Assembly (NCBI GenBank): GCA_913045175.1
Contig: CAJWQG010000008.1
Location: 2,648 to 66,647, forward strand
Direction: 5' to 3'
Origin: an uncultured Gammaproteobacteria bacterium
Lineage (GTDB): Bacteria; Pseudomonadota; Gammaproteobacteria; Pseudomonadales; Azotimanducaceae
DNA length: 64,000 nt
Shown here: in pieces, positions 1 to 8,848 of the stretch
How positions within the stretch are numbered: position 1 is the stretch's first letter
Layout: the number at the start of each line of letters is the position of its first letter
Made by a program: the position numbers and the translations under genes
The notes under the pieces: generated by a model
What the model was told of the DNA's origin: nothing
What the model saw: the letters and a program-made list of their open reading frames with translations, nothing else
Databases searched by the model: none

Positions 1-233
1 CGTTAAGTGCAGGAACGATCGCTGGTGCAGGTGTTGATGTGTTCGAGATCGAACCGCCACCGGCCGATCATCCACTGCTCTCCAGCGATAAGGTTTACCT
101 CAGTCCGCATAGTGCGGGTGTTTCGATAGAGGCGGCAAGAAGAATGTCCCACGAGACCGCGAGCAATCTTATCCAAGCATTGGAAGGTAACGTGAACCCG
201 GAAACATTAGCTAATCCAGAGATGGTTGGGTAG
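1..233 (+). CDS. D-isomer-specific 2-hydroxyacid dehydrogenase family protein, C-terminal fragment (5' end outside window)
   Basis: The reading frame is open to the window edge. AGAGVDVFEIEPPPADHPLL...LSPHSAG matches the conserved C-terminal catalytic region (DVF..EP, PH) of this family. Confidence 0.6.
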   Translation, partial: LSAGTIAGAGVDVFEIEPPPADHPLLSSDKVYLSPHSAGVSIEAARRMSHETASNLIQALEGNVNPETLANPEMVG

Positions 234-242
234 GAGGTTTAG

Positions 243-1232
243 ATGACAACGTTTAAGGCCTTTTGGGCCGAGAAAACAGAAGACGGCTATACGCACAGCA
301 TTGTCGAAAGGTCGACCGATGATCTGCCGGAAGGTGATGTGTTGATCAAGGTCGCCCATTCTTCGGTCAACTATAAGGATGCGCTATCGGCACGGTGCCT
401 TCCCGGTGTAACCCGTAACTACCCGCACACGCCGGGTATTGATGCATCGGGACAAGTTGTTTCTTCAATGAGCTCCGATTTCAAAGAGGGTGATGAAGTT
501 ATCTGCATTGGTTTTGATCTGGGTATGAACACGCCAGGTGGATTTGGAGAATACATTCAGGTGCCGGCTGGCTGGCTCACGCCGCTGCCTGATGGACTCT
601 CGCTACGAGAGTCAATGGTGCTTGGTACGGCTGGCTTTACCGCAGCACTCTGTGTCGAGAAACTCGAGCGAATGGGTGCCGCACCGGACGACGGTCCCGT
701 GGTTGTCACGGGAGCAACCGGTGGCGTCGGTTCGGTGGCGGTGGCCCTGCTTGCCAAGGCAGGTTTCGAAGTTATCGCCAGTAGCGGCAAGGCCGACAAG
801 GTGGATTACCTCAAATCCCTGGGGGCAGCCAACGTGATTGGCAGGAATGAACTGCAGGAAGAAAATGCCAGACCCATGCTGGCGACGACATACGCTCATG
901 GCGTGGATACCGTGGGCGGGAATATTTTGTCTAATGTCGTAAAGTCTTTGAATTACGGTGGTAGCGTCGCGATCTGCGGATTGGTTGCATCTCCGGCATT
1001 TCAAACCACCGTGCTGCCGTTTATCCTGCGGGGCGTTAACATTCTGGGGATAGATTCGGTTGAACTGCCGATCGAAGAAAAAACGGCCAACTGGGGTCGA
1101 CTCGCGTCAGACTGGAAGCTGGATAATCTCGACAATATGACCCAGGAGATTGATCTGGAAGGCATTTCTACAGCCGTGGACACGATATTCAGCGGCAATG
1201 TTTCAGGGAGGACCCTGGTCACTCATAATTAG
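243..1232 (+). CDS. yhdH: YhdH/YhfP-family NADPH quinone oxidoreductase / acrylyl-CoA reductase (AcuI-like)
   Basis: 329 aa and colinear with E. coli YhdH by eye (HSSVNYKDALS, TAGFTAALCV, VVVTGATGGVGS, GRTLV C-terminus). Confidence 0.85.
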   Translation: MTTFKAFWAEKTEDGYTHSIVERSTDDLPEGDVLIKVAHSSVNYKDALSARCLPGVTRNYPHTPGIDASGQVVSSMSSDFKEGDEVICIGFDLGMNTPGGFGEYIQVPAGWLTPLPDGLSLRESMVLGTAGFTAALCVEKLERMGAAPDDGPVVVTGATGGVGSVAVALLAKAGFEVIASSGKADKVDYLKSLGAANVIGRNELQEENARPMLATTYAHGVDTVGGNILSNVVKSLNYGGSVAICGLVASPAFQTTVLPFILRGVNILGIDSVELPIEEKTANWGRLASDWKLDNLDNMTQEIDLEGISTAVDTIFSGNVSGRTLVTHN

Positions 1233-1277
1233 GATATCCTATTGCTTTGTGGGGGATAGCCGTAGCAGGACTGCGTC

Positions 1278-2888
1278 ATGAGCATCATTAAGTCAGAGGT
1301 TAACTCGCGTTCCCAGGAGTTTGTTGAGAACAGCGAACACATGCAGGAAATCGTTGACGACCTGCAGTCACAGATTGAGCGCATCAAAGGCGGTGGGGGT
1401 GAGCGCTACCGGGAGAGGCATAAGTCTCGCGGCAAGCTGCTGGTAAGAGAGCGAATCGATGCGCTCATGGATCTCGGTTCGCCTTTTCTGGAATTCTCGC
1501 AACTTGCCGCGCATGAGATGTACGGTAAGGATGACGTACCGGCCGGAGGGATTGTAACCGGCATCGGTCGCGTTGAGGGACAGGAATGCCTGATTGTCGC
1601 TAACGATGCCACCGTTAAAGGCGGCAGTTACTATCCAATTACGGTAAAGAAACATCTTCGCGCTCAGGAGATCGCCCAGGAAAATAATCTACCCTGTGTT
1701 TATCTCGTCGACTCCGGCGGCGCCAATCTACCCAATCAGGATGAGGTCTTTCCTGACAAGAATCACTTTGGTCGTATCTTCTTCAATCAGGCCAATATGT
1801 CGTCCCGGAATATCCCGCAAATAGCGGTGGTGATGGGTTCCTGTACTGCGGGGGGTGCTTATGTTCCCGCTATGGCCGATGAAGCCATTATCGTTAGAAA
1901 TCAGGGCACGATTTTTCTTGGCGGTCCGCCGTTAGTGAAAATGGCGACGGGTGAAGAGGTATCCGCCGAAGACCTCGGTGGTGCTGACGTTCACTCCAGG
2001 GAGTCGGGAGTGACAGACCACTACGCCAGAAACGATCATCATGCGGTGGAACTGGCAAGAACGGCAGTACGAAATCTGAATCGCGTAAAGCCAATGACCG
2101 TCGATGTGAAAGAATCAGTTGAACCTCTGTACCCGGCGAGCGATCTGCACGGAATAGTGCCGAAGAATATCCGCAAGCAATTCGATGTTCGGGAAATTAT
2201 TGCCCGCGTAGTTGATGGATCTGAATTTGACGAGTTCAAAGCACTTTACGGTTCGACGTTGGTTTGCGGTTTCGCACGACTCTATGGTGTTCCAATAGGA
2301 ATCGTTGCTAATAATGGCATCCTGTTTAGCGAATCGGCGCAAAAGGGCGCTCATTTCATTGAGCTGTGTGGCCAGCGGAAAATCCCGCTACTGTTCCTGC
2401 AGAACATCACGGGCTTTATGGTGGGTCAAGAGGCTGAGACCGGTGGCATCGCCAAACATGGCGCGAAGATGGTGACAGCGGTCGCCTGCGCGCGGGTTCC
2501 CAAGCTTACATTGATAATTGGTAACTCATACGGTGCCGGAAACTATGGCATGTGTGGCCGTGGCTATGATCCCAACTTTTTATTTATGTGGCCTAATGCA
2601 CGTATTTCCGTAATGGGGGGCGAGCAGGCTGCCGGCGTACTGGCTCAGGTGCGACGCACGCAAATCGAGAGGTCGGGTGACGACTGGCCGCAAGCCGAAG
2701 AAGAGGAATTCAAGAAACCGATCATAGACGCCTTTGATGCACAGGCGCATCCCTACTATGCCAGTGCACGATTATGGGATGACGGTGTGATTGATCCTGT
2801 TGATACCCGCCGAGTGCTTGGCCTTGCGCTTTTCGCCGCACTTAACAAGCCGATCGAGGAAACACGATTCGGCGTATTCAGGATGTAG
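1278..2888 (+). CDS. mccB: 3-methylcrotonyl-CoA carboxylase beta (carboxyltransferase) subunit; geranyl-CoA carboxylase beta not excluded
   Basis: 536 aa with a typical MCCase-beta N-terminus ([21 protein letters not shown]) and carboxyltransferase repeats. It is immediately followed by the biotin carboxylase subunit. Confidence 0.85.
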   Translation: MSIIKSEVNSRSQEFVENSEHMQEIVDDLQSQIERIKGGGGERYRERHKSRGKLLVRERIDALMDLGSPFLEFSQLAAHEMYGKDDVPAGGIVTGIGRVEGQECLIVANDATVKGGSYYPITVKKHLRAQEIAQENNLPCVYLVDSGGANLPNQDEVFPDKNHFGRIFFNQANMSSRNIPQIAVVMGSCTAGGAYVPAMADEAIIVRNQGTIFLGGPPLVKMATGEEVSAEDLGGADVHSRESGVTDHYARNDHHAVELARTAVRNLNRVKPMTVDVKESVEPLYPASDLHGIVPKNIRKQFDVREIIARVVDGSEFDEFKALYGSTLVCGFARLYGVPIGIVANNGILFSESAQKGAHFIELCGQRKIPLLFLQNITGFMVGQEAETGGIAKHGAKMVTAVACARVPKLTLIIGNSYGAGNYGMCGRGYDPNFLFMWPNARISVMGGEQAAGVLAQVRRTQIERSGDDWPQAEEEEFKKPIIDAFDAQAHPYYASARLWDDGVIDPVDTRRVLGLALFAALNKPIEETRFGVFRM

Positions 2889-2891
2889 AGT

Positions 2892-4889
2892 ATGTTTAAG
2901 AAGATACTCATTGCCAACCGTGGCGAGATTGCCTGCCGGGTCATTCGGACTGCACATAAACTCGGGATTAAAACCGTCGCTGTTTATTCGGACGCTGACG
3001 CGAATGCGCTGCACGTCACCAGCGCAGATGAAGCGATTCATATTGGTGGATCGGCACCGGCGGAGTCTTATCTTGATATGAACCGCGTCATCGAAGCAGC
3101 AAAGCAGACGGGCGCCGAGGCCATTCACCCGGGTTATGGGTTTCTGTCAGAGAATGCGGCGTTCTGCGATCTTTGCGCCAAAAACGATATTGTCTTCATT
3201 GGTCCTCCCGCTAAAGCGATTGAAACTATGGGCTCCAAATCTGCGGCGAAGCAGATCATGGAGAAAGCCGATGTGCCGGTGCTGCCTGGCTATCACGGCG
3301 CGGAGCAGGATGCGGCGGTGCTCAAAAAGGCGGCGGACGATGTCGGCTATCCGGTCTTGTTGAAGGCCGTCTCTGGTGGCGGTGGTAAGGGCATGCGTCA
3401 GGTCATGGACCCCGCTGAGTTCGATGACGCTCTCGCGGCGGCAAAGCGAGAAGCGCTGTCAGGTTTTGGCGACGATGACATGTTGGTGGAGAAATATCTG
3501 CAGCAGCCGCGACATGTGGAGGTTCAGGTGTTTTGCGACTCACTGGACAATGGTGTTTATCTGTTTGAGCGCGACTGTTCCGTGCAGCGGCGGCATCAGA
3601 AGATCATTGAAGAGGCGCCGGCGCCAAAGATGCCCGACGGGGTTCGCGAAAAGATGGGCGAGGCCGCTGTGCGCGCGGCAAAGGCGGTGAATTACCGGGG
3701 TGCCGGCACAGTGGAATTCCTTCTGGATACCACGGGTGAGTTTTACTTTATGGAGATGAATACCCGACTACAGGTGGAACATCCGGTGACCGAATTGATT
3801 ACCGGACAGGATCTTGTGGAATGGCAACTGAAGGTCGCGCTGGGTGAAGCTCTACCTTGCACCCAGGATCAGCTCACGATCACGGGGCACGCATTCGAAG
3901 CGCGTATCTACGCGGAAGATCCGGATAATGAGTTCTTGCCTGCCGCAGGTCGGCTGACCTGGCTGGAACAACCTACAGAGTCTGAATACGTTCGTGTCGA
4001 CACGGGCGTTATTCAGGGAGACGATATTGGTGTCTTCTATGACCCAATGATCGCCAAGTTAATCGTCTGGGATGAAGATCGCCCGCGTGCCCTGCGACGT
4101 CTTGATCAGGCACTGGCTGCTTATCGCATTCTTGGCGTAACGACGAATATTTCATTCCTTCGAAGGTTGGCAACGAACCCTAACTTTGTGGAAGAAGACC
4201 TGAGTACTGACTTCATTGAAAGAAATACCCAGGCGTTGTTTCAGTTGGATGATCCGGATATTGAATCGCTGTTGCCGCTTGCCTGTCTCTATCACATTTT
4301 GAGTACGCGGCAATCACAAGTTCCACGAGAATCTGATCCGACTTCGCCTTGGAATGCGACCGACAACTGGCGTGTGAATTCCCCGCGAATGTTTACAGAG
4401 ACGATTGTTATTGGCGAAGGGGAGCATGTGATTTCGGCTGAAGTGATAGGGTCGTCCTCCTATCAGGTGACCTTCGGTGAGTACCAGAAGAACATCAGTG
4501 GAACGCTCGCCGGTAACGTGCTCATCGCTACTGTTGATGATCATCAGCAGACAGCGACGGTGGTCGAACATGAGGTTGGCGTCGTGCTATTCATAGCGGG
4601 GGCAATGCTGCAGTTTCAGATTAAGCAACCGGATGTGGGTGAAGAAGTCCGTGCTGAAGATTCGGGTGGATTTAAAGCACCGATGAATGGCACTGTGGTT
4701 CAGGTCCTGGTAAGTGTGGGCGATCAGGTTGGTTCTGGTGATACCCTTGTTATCATGGAGGCCATGAAAATGGAGCATGCGATCAAAGCACCGGTTTCCG
4801 GAACCGTGAATGAGATTTATTTTAGTGAGGGCGACCTGGTTGACGGTGGCGTAGACCTTATCGCCTTTGAGCCGGTAGACAATGAGTGA
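2892..4889 (+). CDS. mccA: 3-methylcrotonyl-CoA carboxylase alpha subunit (biotin carboxylase + biotinyl carrier domain)
   Basis: 665 aa with the N-terminus MFKKILIANRGEIACRVIRTA, an ATP-grasp region, and a C-terminal lipoyl/biotinyl domain carrying the EAMKME biotinylation motif. It starts 3 nt after the mccB stop. Confidence 0.85.
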   Translation: MFKKILIANRGEIACRVIRTAHKLGIKTVAVYSDADANALHVTSADEAIHIGGSAPAESYLDMNRVIEAAKQTGAEAIHPGYGFLSENAAFCDLCAKNDIVFIGPPAKAIETMGSKSAAKQIMEKADVPVLPGYHGAEQDAAVLKKAADDVGYPVLLKAVSGGGGKGMRQVMDPAEFDDALAAAKREALSGFGDDDMLVEKYLQQPRHVEVQVFCDSLDNGVYLFERDCSVQRRHQKIIEEAPAPKMPDGVREKMGEAAVRAAKAVNYRGAGTVEFLLDTTGEFYFMEMNTRLQVEHPVTELITGQDLVEWQLKVALGEALPCTQDQLTITGHAFEARIYAEDPDNEFLPAAGRLTWLEQPTESEYVRVDTGVIQGDDIGVFYDPMIAKLIVWDEDRPRALRRLDQALAAYRILGVTTNISFLRRLATNPNFVEEDLSTDFIERNTQALFQLDDPDIESLLPLACLYHILSTRQSQVPRESDPTSPWNATDNWRVNSPRMFTETIVIGEGEHVISAEVIGSSSYQVTFGEYQKNISGTLAGNVLIATVDDHQQTATVVEHEVGVVLFIAGAMLQFQIKQPDVGEEVRAEDSGGFKAPMNGTVVQVLVSVGDQVGSGDTLVIMEAMKMEHAIKAPVSGTVNEIYFSEGDLVDGGVDLIAFEPVDNE

Positions 4890-5958
4890 AGCAAATATCT
4901 ACTGGGATGAGTACGTCCGCGCGGGGGAGGAACGAGCCCGGTCATTAAACAATCGCGGCCCGTTACGTTTTGACGATGACGGTCAGCTGTCTCGGGATAT
5001 TCTGGATGCTTACCAGGAGCATGGCTTTTACGTCCTAACAAATGTTTTGTCATCGGAAGAAGCCGAAGATCTGACTCAAGAACTCGATGCGTTGATGGAC
5101 AATGCGCCGGTTGTCCCGGACGGTTTGCTGGACAAAAAAGGTCGCCCATCCAAATACTCGCCCTACTATTCACTCTCAGATGATGATCCACCGGTAGTGA
5201 GACTGTTGTCCCATACCATTATGATGAGTGATGCAGCGTTACGGGCTTACGCCCATCCGCAGATTCTCAGGATGGTTGCCAGCATCAATGGACCGGACTT
5301 CATTCCGTTTCATGAAGCGATACAGTACAAGGTGGCCAACAACGGTGTACCCACTCACTGGCATCAGGATGGAAGAACCCACTGGACCGAAGATGGTGCT
5401 GCGCTTGAGAAGCCGGATGGCTCTGGTAAAACACACGGTTTTAATCTATCTATCGCCTGTACCAACTGTACGCCAGCGAATGGTTTGTGGGTTGTACCCG
5501 GTAGTCATCGGCACTGGCGGCTTGCAGGGGGCGGTAAGTTTCCCTCGATCACCGATCAGATTCCCGAGGCAGTGCCGGTAACCATGTCGCCGGGTGACTG
5601 TATGCTTGTCAGTCGCAGTTCGCTGCATGGATCCTATGCCAATAAAACTCCCAAGCGGCGAATGACGCTACTACTTGGTTATCACAAGCGCGATTCTGCG
5701 ATTGGTGCTGAAACCACTAACGTGCATGCGTTTATTCGCACGGGCGGGCCTGAGTGGGTCAAATATGATGAGGAACGTGTGCTGCGCCGCTCGCGAATGA
5801 TTCCCCTGGCCATCGATGCACGTCGCCAGCGTTACCCGGATGAGGAACCCTATGAATACACGGGCGCCTACCTTGGTAGCGGCGAGTGGAACGAGCAGTC
5901 CCGGGCCGAAATCTCCAAAGAAGGCGACGAGTATTGGCGCCTGGATATGACGCTTTAG
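4882..5958 (+). CDS. Phytanoyl-CoA dioxygenase (PhyH) family Fe(II)/2-oxoglutarate dioxygenase
   Basis: 358 aa. THWHQDG (H-x-D iron site) and a later SSLHGS His are consistent with the PhyH family. The ATG overlaps the mccA stop by 8 nt. Confidence 0.7.
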   Translation: MSEANIYWDEYVRAGEERARSLNNRGPLRFDDDGQLSRDILDAYQEHGFYVLTNVLSSEEAEDLTQELDALMDNAPVVPDGLLDKKGRPSKYSPYYSLSDDDPPVVRLLSHTIMMSDAALRAYAHPQILRMVASINGPDFIPFHEAIQYKVANNGVPTHWHQDGRTHWTEDGAALEKPDGSGKTHGFNLSIACTNCTPANGLWVVPGSHRHWRLAGGGKFPSITDQIPEAVPVTMSPGDCMLVSRSSLHGSYANKTPKRRMTLLLGYHKRDSAIGAETTNVHAFIRTGGPEWVKYDEERVLRRSRMIPLAIDARRQRYPDEEPYEYTGAYLGSGEWNEQSRAEISKEGDEYWRLDMTL

Positions 5959-5961
5959 CGC

Positions 5962-7524
5962 TTAAGCAGCATCCCTCGCGGGCCCAAGCGGCAATGCGGT
6001 CTGTGCTCGACCTTCCCACAGAGTACGCTCTTCCTCAAACGGTGCATCTACAACCTCGACTGGGTCACCCAGTATGCCAGTGGTTCTCGTTTGTGAATTA
6101 TAGGGCGTCCAGTTGGGTAGCCCATCGGATTGCGGATTTCCGGTTCGGGCAAAGTTGATCCAGGTGTCCATAGTATGACCTGCCAGTGTATCGGCGGCCG
6201 GACCACTGCCAAAGAAGCTCCTGGCATCATCGTTCATGTCGTGATTACCGAAAATGTACCCGCAGACTACCGCGTGAGACATACCAAGTGGTTTGCCGTT
6301 ATCCATGGTGTAGGCCGAAGGCCAGGTAAACAGATACTGATAGATATCCTGACCGCGGGCGTCCATGATTTCGCACAGCTGGATGCAGGGCCACCACATC
6401 TTGCGTGCTGTTTCGATGGCAGCGTAAATCGCAATAGGACTTGTTTCCTCGCCAGCCTTGCCGCGAAGCTCTTTGTACCCCGCAAACAGTTCTTCGGGCC
6501 GGTCCAAATGCATGCCAATCGCGGCGATCAGTTCGTTTTCATCCTCAGTCGCTGGATTCTGTATGGTAAAGAGTCGCCATTCGTCCCGGGTTGTCCCGGT
6601 CAACACTGAAATGCCATCGGCGGATCCGTTTCTGACGCATTCGAGTGGTACGTCGGGCAGGTCGGTACCGTTGACGACCGGGGAGAAAATCATCCCGCCA
6701 TTGGGGGTTCGCACCTTGCCGGCGGCTGCCATGAGTTCCTCCGGATGCATGGCGAGGAGTTTATCAATATCGTCCTTGGGCGAGAGCTCCAGCGCATTAA
6801 AAAATCGATCCGCGACATCGACCGACCGGTTCTGCATGATACAGGTGCTGGTCGCGCCGCTGATGGGGCAGGCTCGCTGGAACAGTCCCTTGGCGGGTTC
6901 GAAGGCCATCAGTGCACCGACGCTCATACCACCTGCCGACTCGCCATAGATAGTAACGTTGCCGGAATCCCCGCCGAAGGCGCTGATATTGTCCTGAACC
7001 CACTGCAGTGCCATTGTCTGGTCCAGCAATCCTTCATTCCCGGTTGATGGAATGCGCCCGCCGGTAATCTCGCCCAGATTCAGGAATCCGAGAATACCGA
7101 CCCGATAGTTGATGGTTACCACGACCACATCGCCACGGCGCGCGACATTTGCGCCGCTGTAGGCGGGCGTGGCACCCGTGCCGCCGCCAAAACCGCCGCC
7201 GTGTATCCAGAATAGGACGGGTCGCTTCTTATCATCAGCGCCTGGGGTAAAAACGCTTAGTACCAGGCAGTCTTCATTGCGTTTAGAATTGTCCTCTGCC
7301 AGGAAAAATACACCCGTAGCGCCGTCGCCGCTTGCCGCACCCTGCCAGGCTTGCTTGCCCCACTCGGTTGCGCTGCGCACGCCAGACCATGACTCCGGTG
7401 GTTCCGGGGCACACCAGCGTTTTTCCCCAACAGGCGGGCTTGCATAGGGAATGTCCTTAAATACATGTAGCCCTCCGTCTTCGGAGCCTTCCAATTTTCC
7501 GTGTTTGGTTTCAACGATTGTCAT
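5962..7524 (-). CDS. Type-B carboxylesterase (para-nitrobenzyl esterase-like)
   Basis: HGGGFGGG oxyanion motif and GESAGG nucleophile elbow. I moved the start from the ORF-track M (7569) to ATG 7524 (MTIVETKHGKLEG), which is preceded by AAGGGGGA. Confidence 0.85.
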   Translation of the reverse strand: MTIVETKHGKLEGSEDGGLHVFKDIPYASPPVGEKRWCAPEPPESWSGVRSATEWGKQAWQGAASGDGATGVFFLAEDNSKRNEDCLVLSVFTPGADDKKRPVLFWIHGGGFGGGTGATPAYSGANVARRGDVVVVTINYRVGILGFLNLGEITGGRIPSTGNEGLLDQTMALQWVQDNISAFGGDSGNVTIYGESAGGMSVGALMAFEPAKGLFQRACPISGATSTCIMQNRSVDVADRFFNALELSPKDDIDKLLAMHPEELMAAAGKVRTPNGGMIFSPVVNGTDLPDVPLECVRNGSADGISVLTGTTRDEWRLFTIQNPATEDENELIAAIGMHLDRPEELFAGYKELRGKAGEETSPIAIYAAIETARKMWWPCIQLCEIMDARGQDIYQYLFTWPSAYTMDNGKPLGMSHAVVCGYIFGNHDMNDDARSFFGSGPAADTLAGHTMDTWINFARTGNPQSDGLPNWTPYNSQTRTTGILGDPVEVVDAPFEEERTLWEGRAQTALPLGPARDAA

Positions 7525-7675
7525 ACTTCCCCCTTTTTCTGATGCGGATGTCGCGACAGTTGTGCGCAACTAAAATCCAGGTGCCACCAATACATAACAC
7601 GTGTTGTGTTGACTTTTATTTTGCTCTGTGGCTAGTTACCAAGGGCAGTTACTGTATATCTATCACGTATTTGTC

Positions 7676-7714
7676 ACAAGTACATTTAACAAGTACATCT
7701 AACAAGCACATAGG
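7676..7714. repeat. Three tandem 13-bp direct repeats (ACAAGTACATTTA / ACAAGTACATCTA / ACAAGCACATAGG)
   Basis: Read directly from the sequence. They lie about 30 nt upstream of the ATG at 7743 and are followed by a G8 tract at 7728-7735. Confidence 0.85.
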
Positions 7715-7742
7715 CATATCTAATAAAGGGGGGGGTAGGCTA

Positions 7743-8783
7743 ATGGCAGTTAACCCGGAAGTTGAAGAACAGGCTCAGTCAAACAATATTACCAATGTTT
7801 CTGTACCTGAGGACCTTGCGAATCCAAATAGTTTCGGCGGATTTAATGAGGAATATGGAGACGGCGAATCGGAAGAGGATAGACGCGCCCAACAGCTTAA
7901 GCTGTCTCGCTCTAGAATCAGTCTGGATGGCGTCGAGGCGTTCGCCAATGATCCGAATGCTAACTGGCTGGTTAACATGGGCAGAGGACCCGGGCATCGT
8001 ATCGTACCGGACCTGACGCCTGAACAGCTCGATGAAAAGATAGCGAACGGCGAGGGCACGCGAGGGGTCTTTACTGTGATTGAGCCGTCGGATCTCGACG
8101 TGTATCGCTCACTCTTACCAGCCCCATTGAAGATGCCAAAGCATCCGCTTGTGGGCGCTACTTTGCTGGACATGAACACCCATGGTCGCGTCAATCGCTT
8201 CCTGGAAGGCCGGTTATCCATCAAAGCTCTGTGTCCCGATGGCCTGGAGAGTTGGCTGGTCATCAGTACACCGGTGCCCTACAACCTTCAATGTCGGGAA
8301 GGCGTAATCTGGGGATGGCCGAAGTATGTGGCTGATCACATCAGCCTGGATCGGGAAGAGAATTCGGCGCGAGCCGAGGTGATGTATCAGGGTGAGGTTC
8401 GTTATTCACTGGATTTCACCGCTGGACCCGTTAAGGATGAGAAGGTGCTCAAAGCGTTTGGCAGAGTTGAAGGTGGCAACACCGTTTCCTGGCACTGGAT
8501 TCAGGGTGGCGCTGTGTTAATGCGACAAGGCAGGGGGCTGGGTTTCGATACCGGACCGGGGCCTCGGATAGTCGACTGGCAGGCTGGACAGGTTAAGGTC
8601 CATATCAAGCAGTCTGACAAGTGGGCAGGGTTAATATCTGAGGATTCAGTCTCTGACGGTTGTTATCAGCGATTTATAGGCGGTGGTGGACAAGGTGATT
8701 CTGTCTGGACCAAGCTGGCGACGGTGGGCGGCATGGCGCGCCATCATGGTCAGTCGGTACCCATCAGAATACCGAAGTTTTAG
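7743..8783 (+). CDS. Acetoacetate decarboxylase (ADC)-fold family protein with N-terminal extension, paralogue 1
   Basis: ATG 7743 lies 7 nt after AAAGGGGGGGG. SDLDVYRSLLPAPLKMPKHPLVG..RFLEGR..REGVIWGWPKYVAD aligns by eye to C. acetobutylicum Adc TDMDALRKVVPEPLEIDEPLV..YTESGQ..GRELSAYPKKLG. It is paralogous to 8849-9916, 20812-21711 and 21732-22643. Confidence 0.6.
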   Translation: MAVNPEVEEQAQSNNITNVSVPEDLANPNSFGGFNEEYGDGESEEDRRAQQLKLSRSRISLDGVEAFANDPNANWLVNMGRGPGHRIVPDLTPEQLDEKIANGEGTRGVFTVIEPSDLDVYRSLLPAPLKMPKHPLVGATLLDMNTHGRVNRFLEGRLSIKALCPDGLESWLVISTPVPYNLQCREGVIWGWPKYVADHISLDREENSARAEVMYQGEVRYSLDFTAGPVKDEKVLKAFGRVEGGNTVSWHWIQGGAVLMRQGRGLGFDTGPGPRIVDWQAGQVKVHIKQSDKWAGLISEDSVSDGCYQRFIGGGGQGDSVWTKLATVGGMARHHGQSVPIRIPKF

Positions 8784-8848
8784 AAACCACTTACCCGTCT
8801 TAACGAAACGCTTACACGGACGCTATACAAGACAAGAGGAAGCCAAAA

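Noticed and set aside
5956-5964. Convergent genes whose stops are only 3 nt apart (here and at 20806-20814), considered as possible antisense-overlap regulation.
   Set aside because: This is consistent with the generally compact gene packing of the window. No additional structure is visible.
7518-7742. N-terminal 75 codons of ORF 7518-8783 (MSYFPLFLMRMSRQ...).
   Set aside because: The region is AT-rich intergenic DNA overlapping the divergent esterase start. The paralogue alignment begins at MAVNPEV / MAANPEV, and a strong G-rich RBS precedes ATG 7743.
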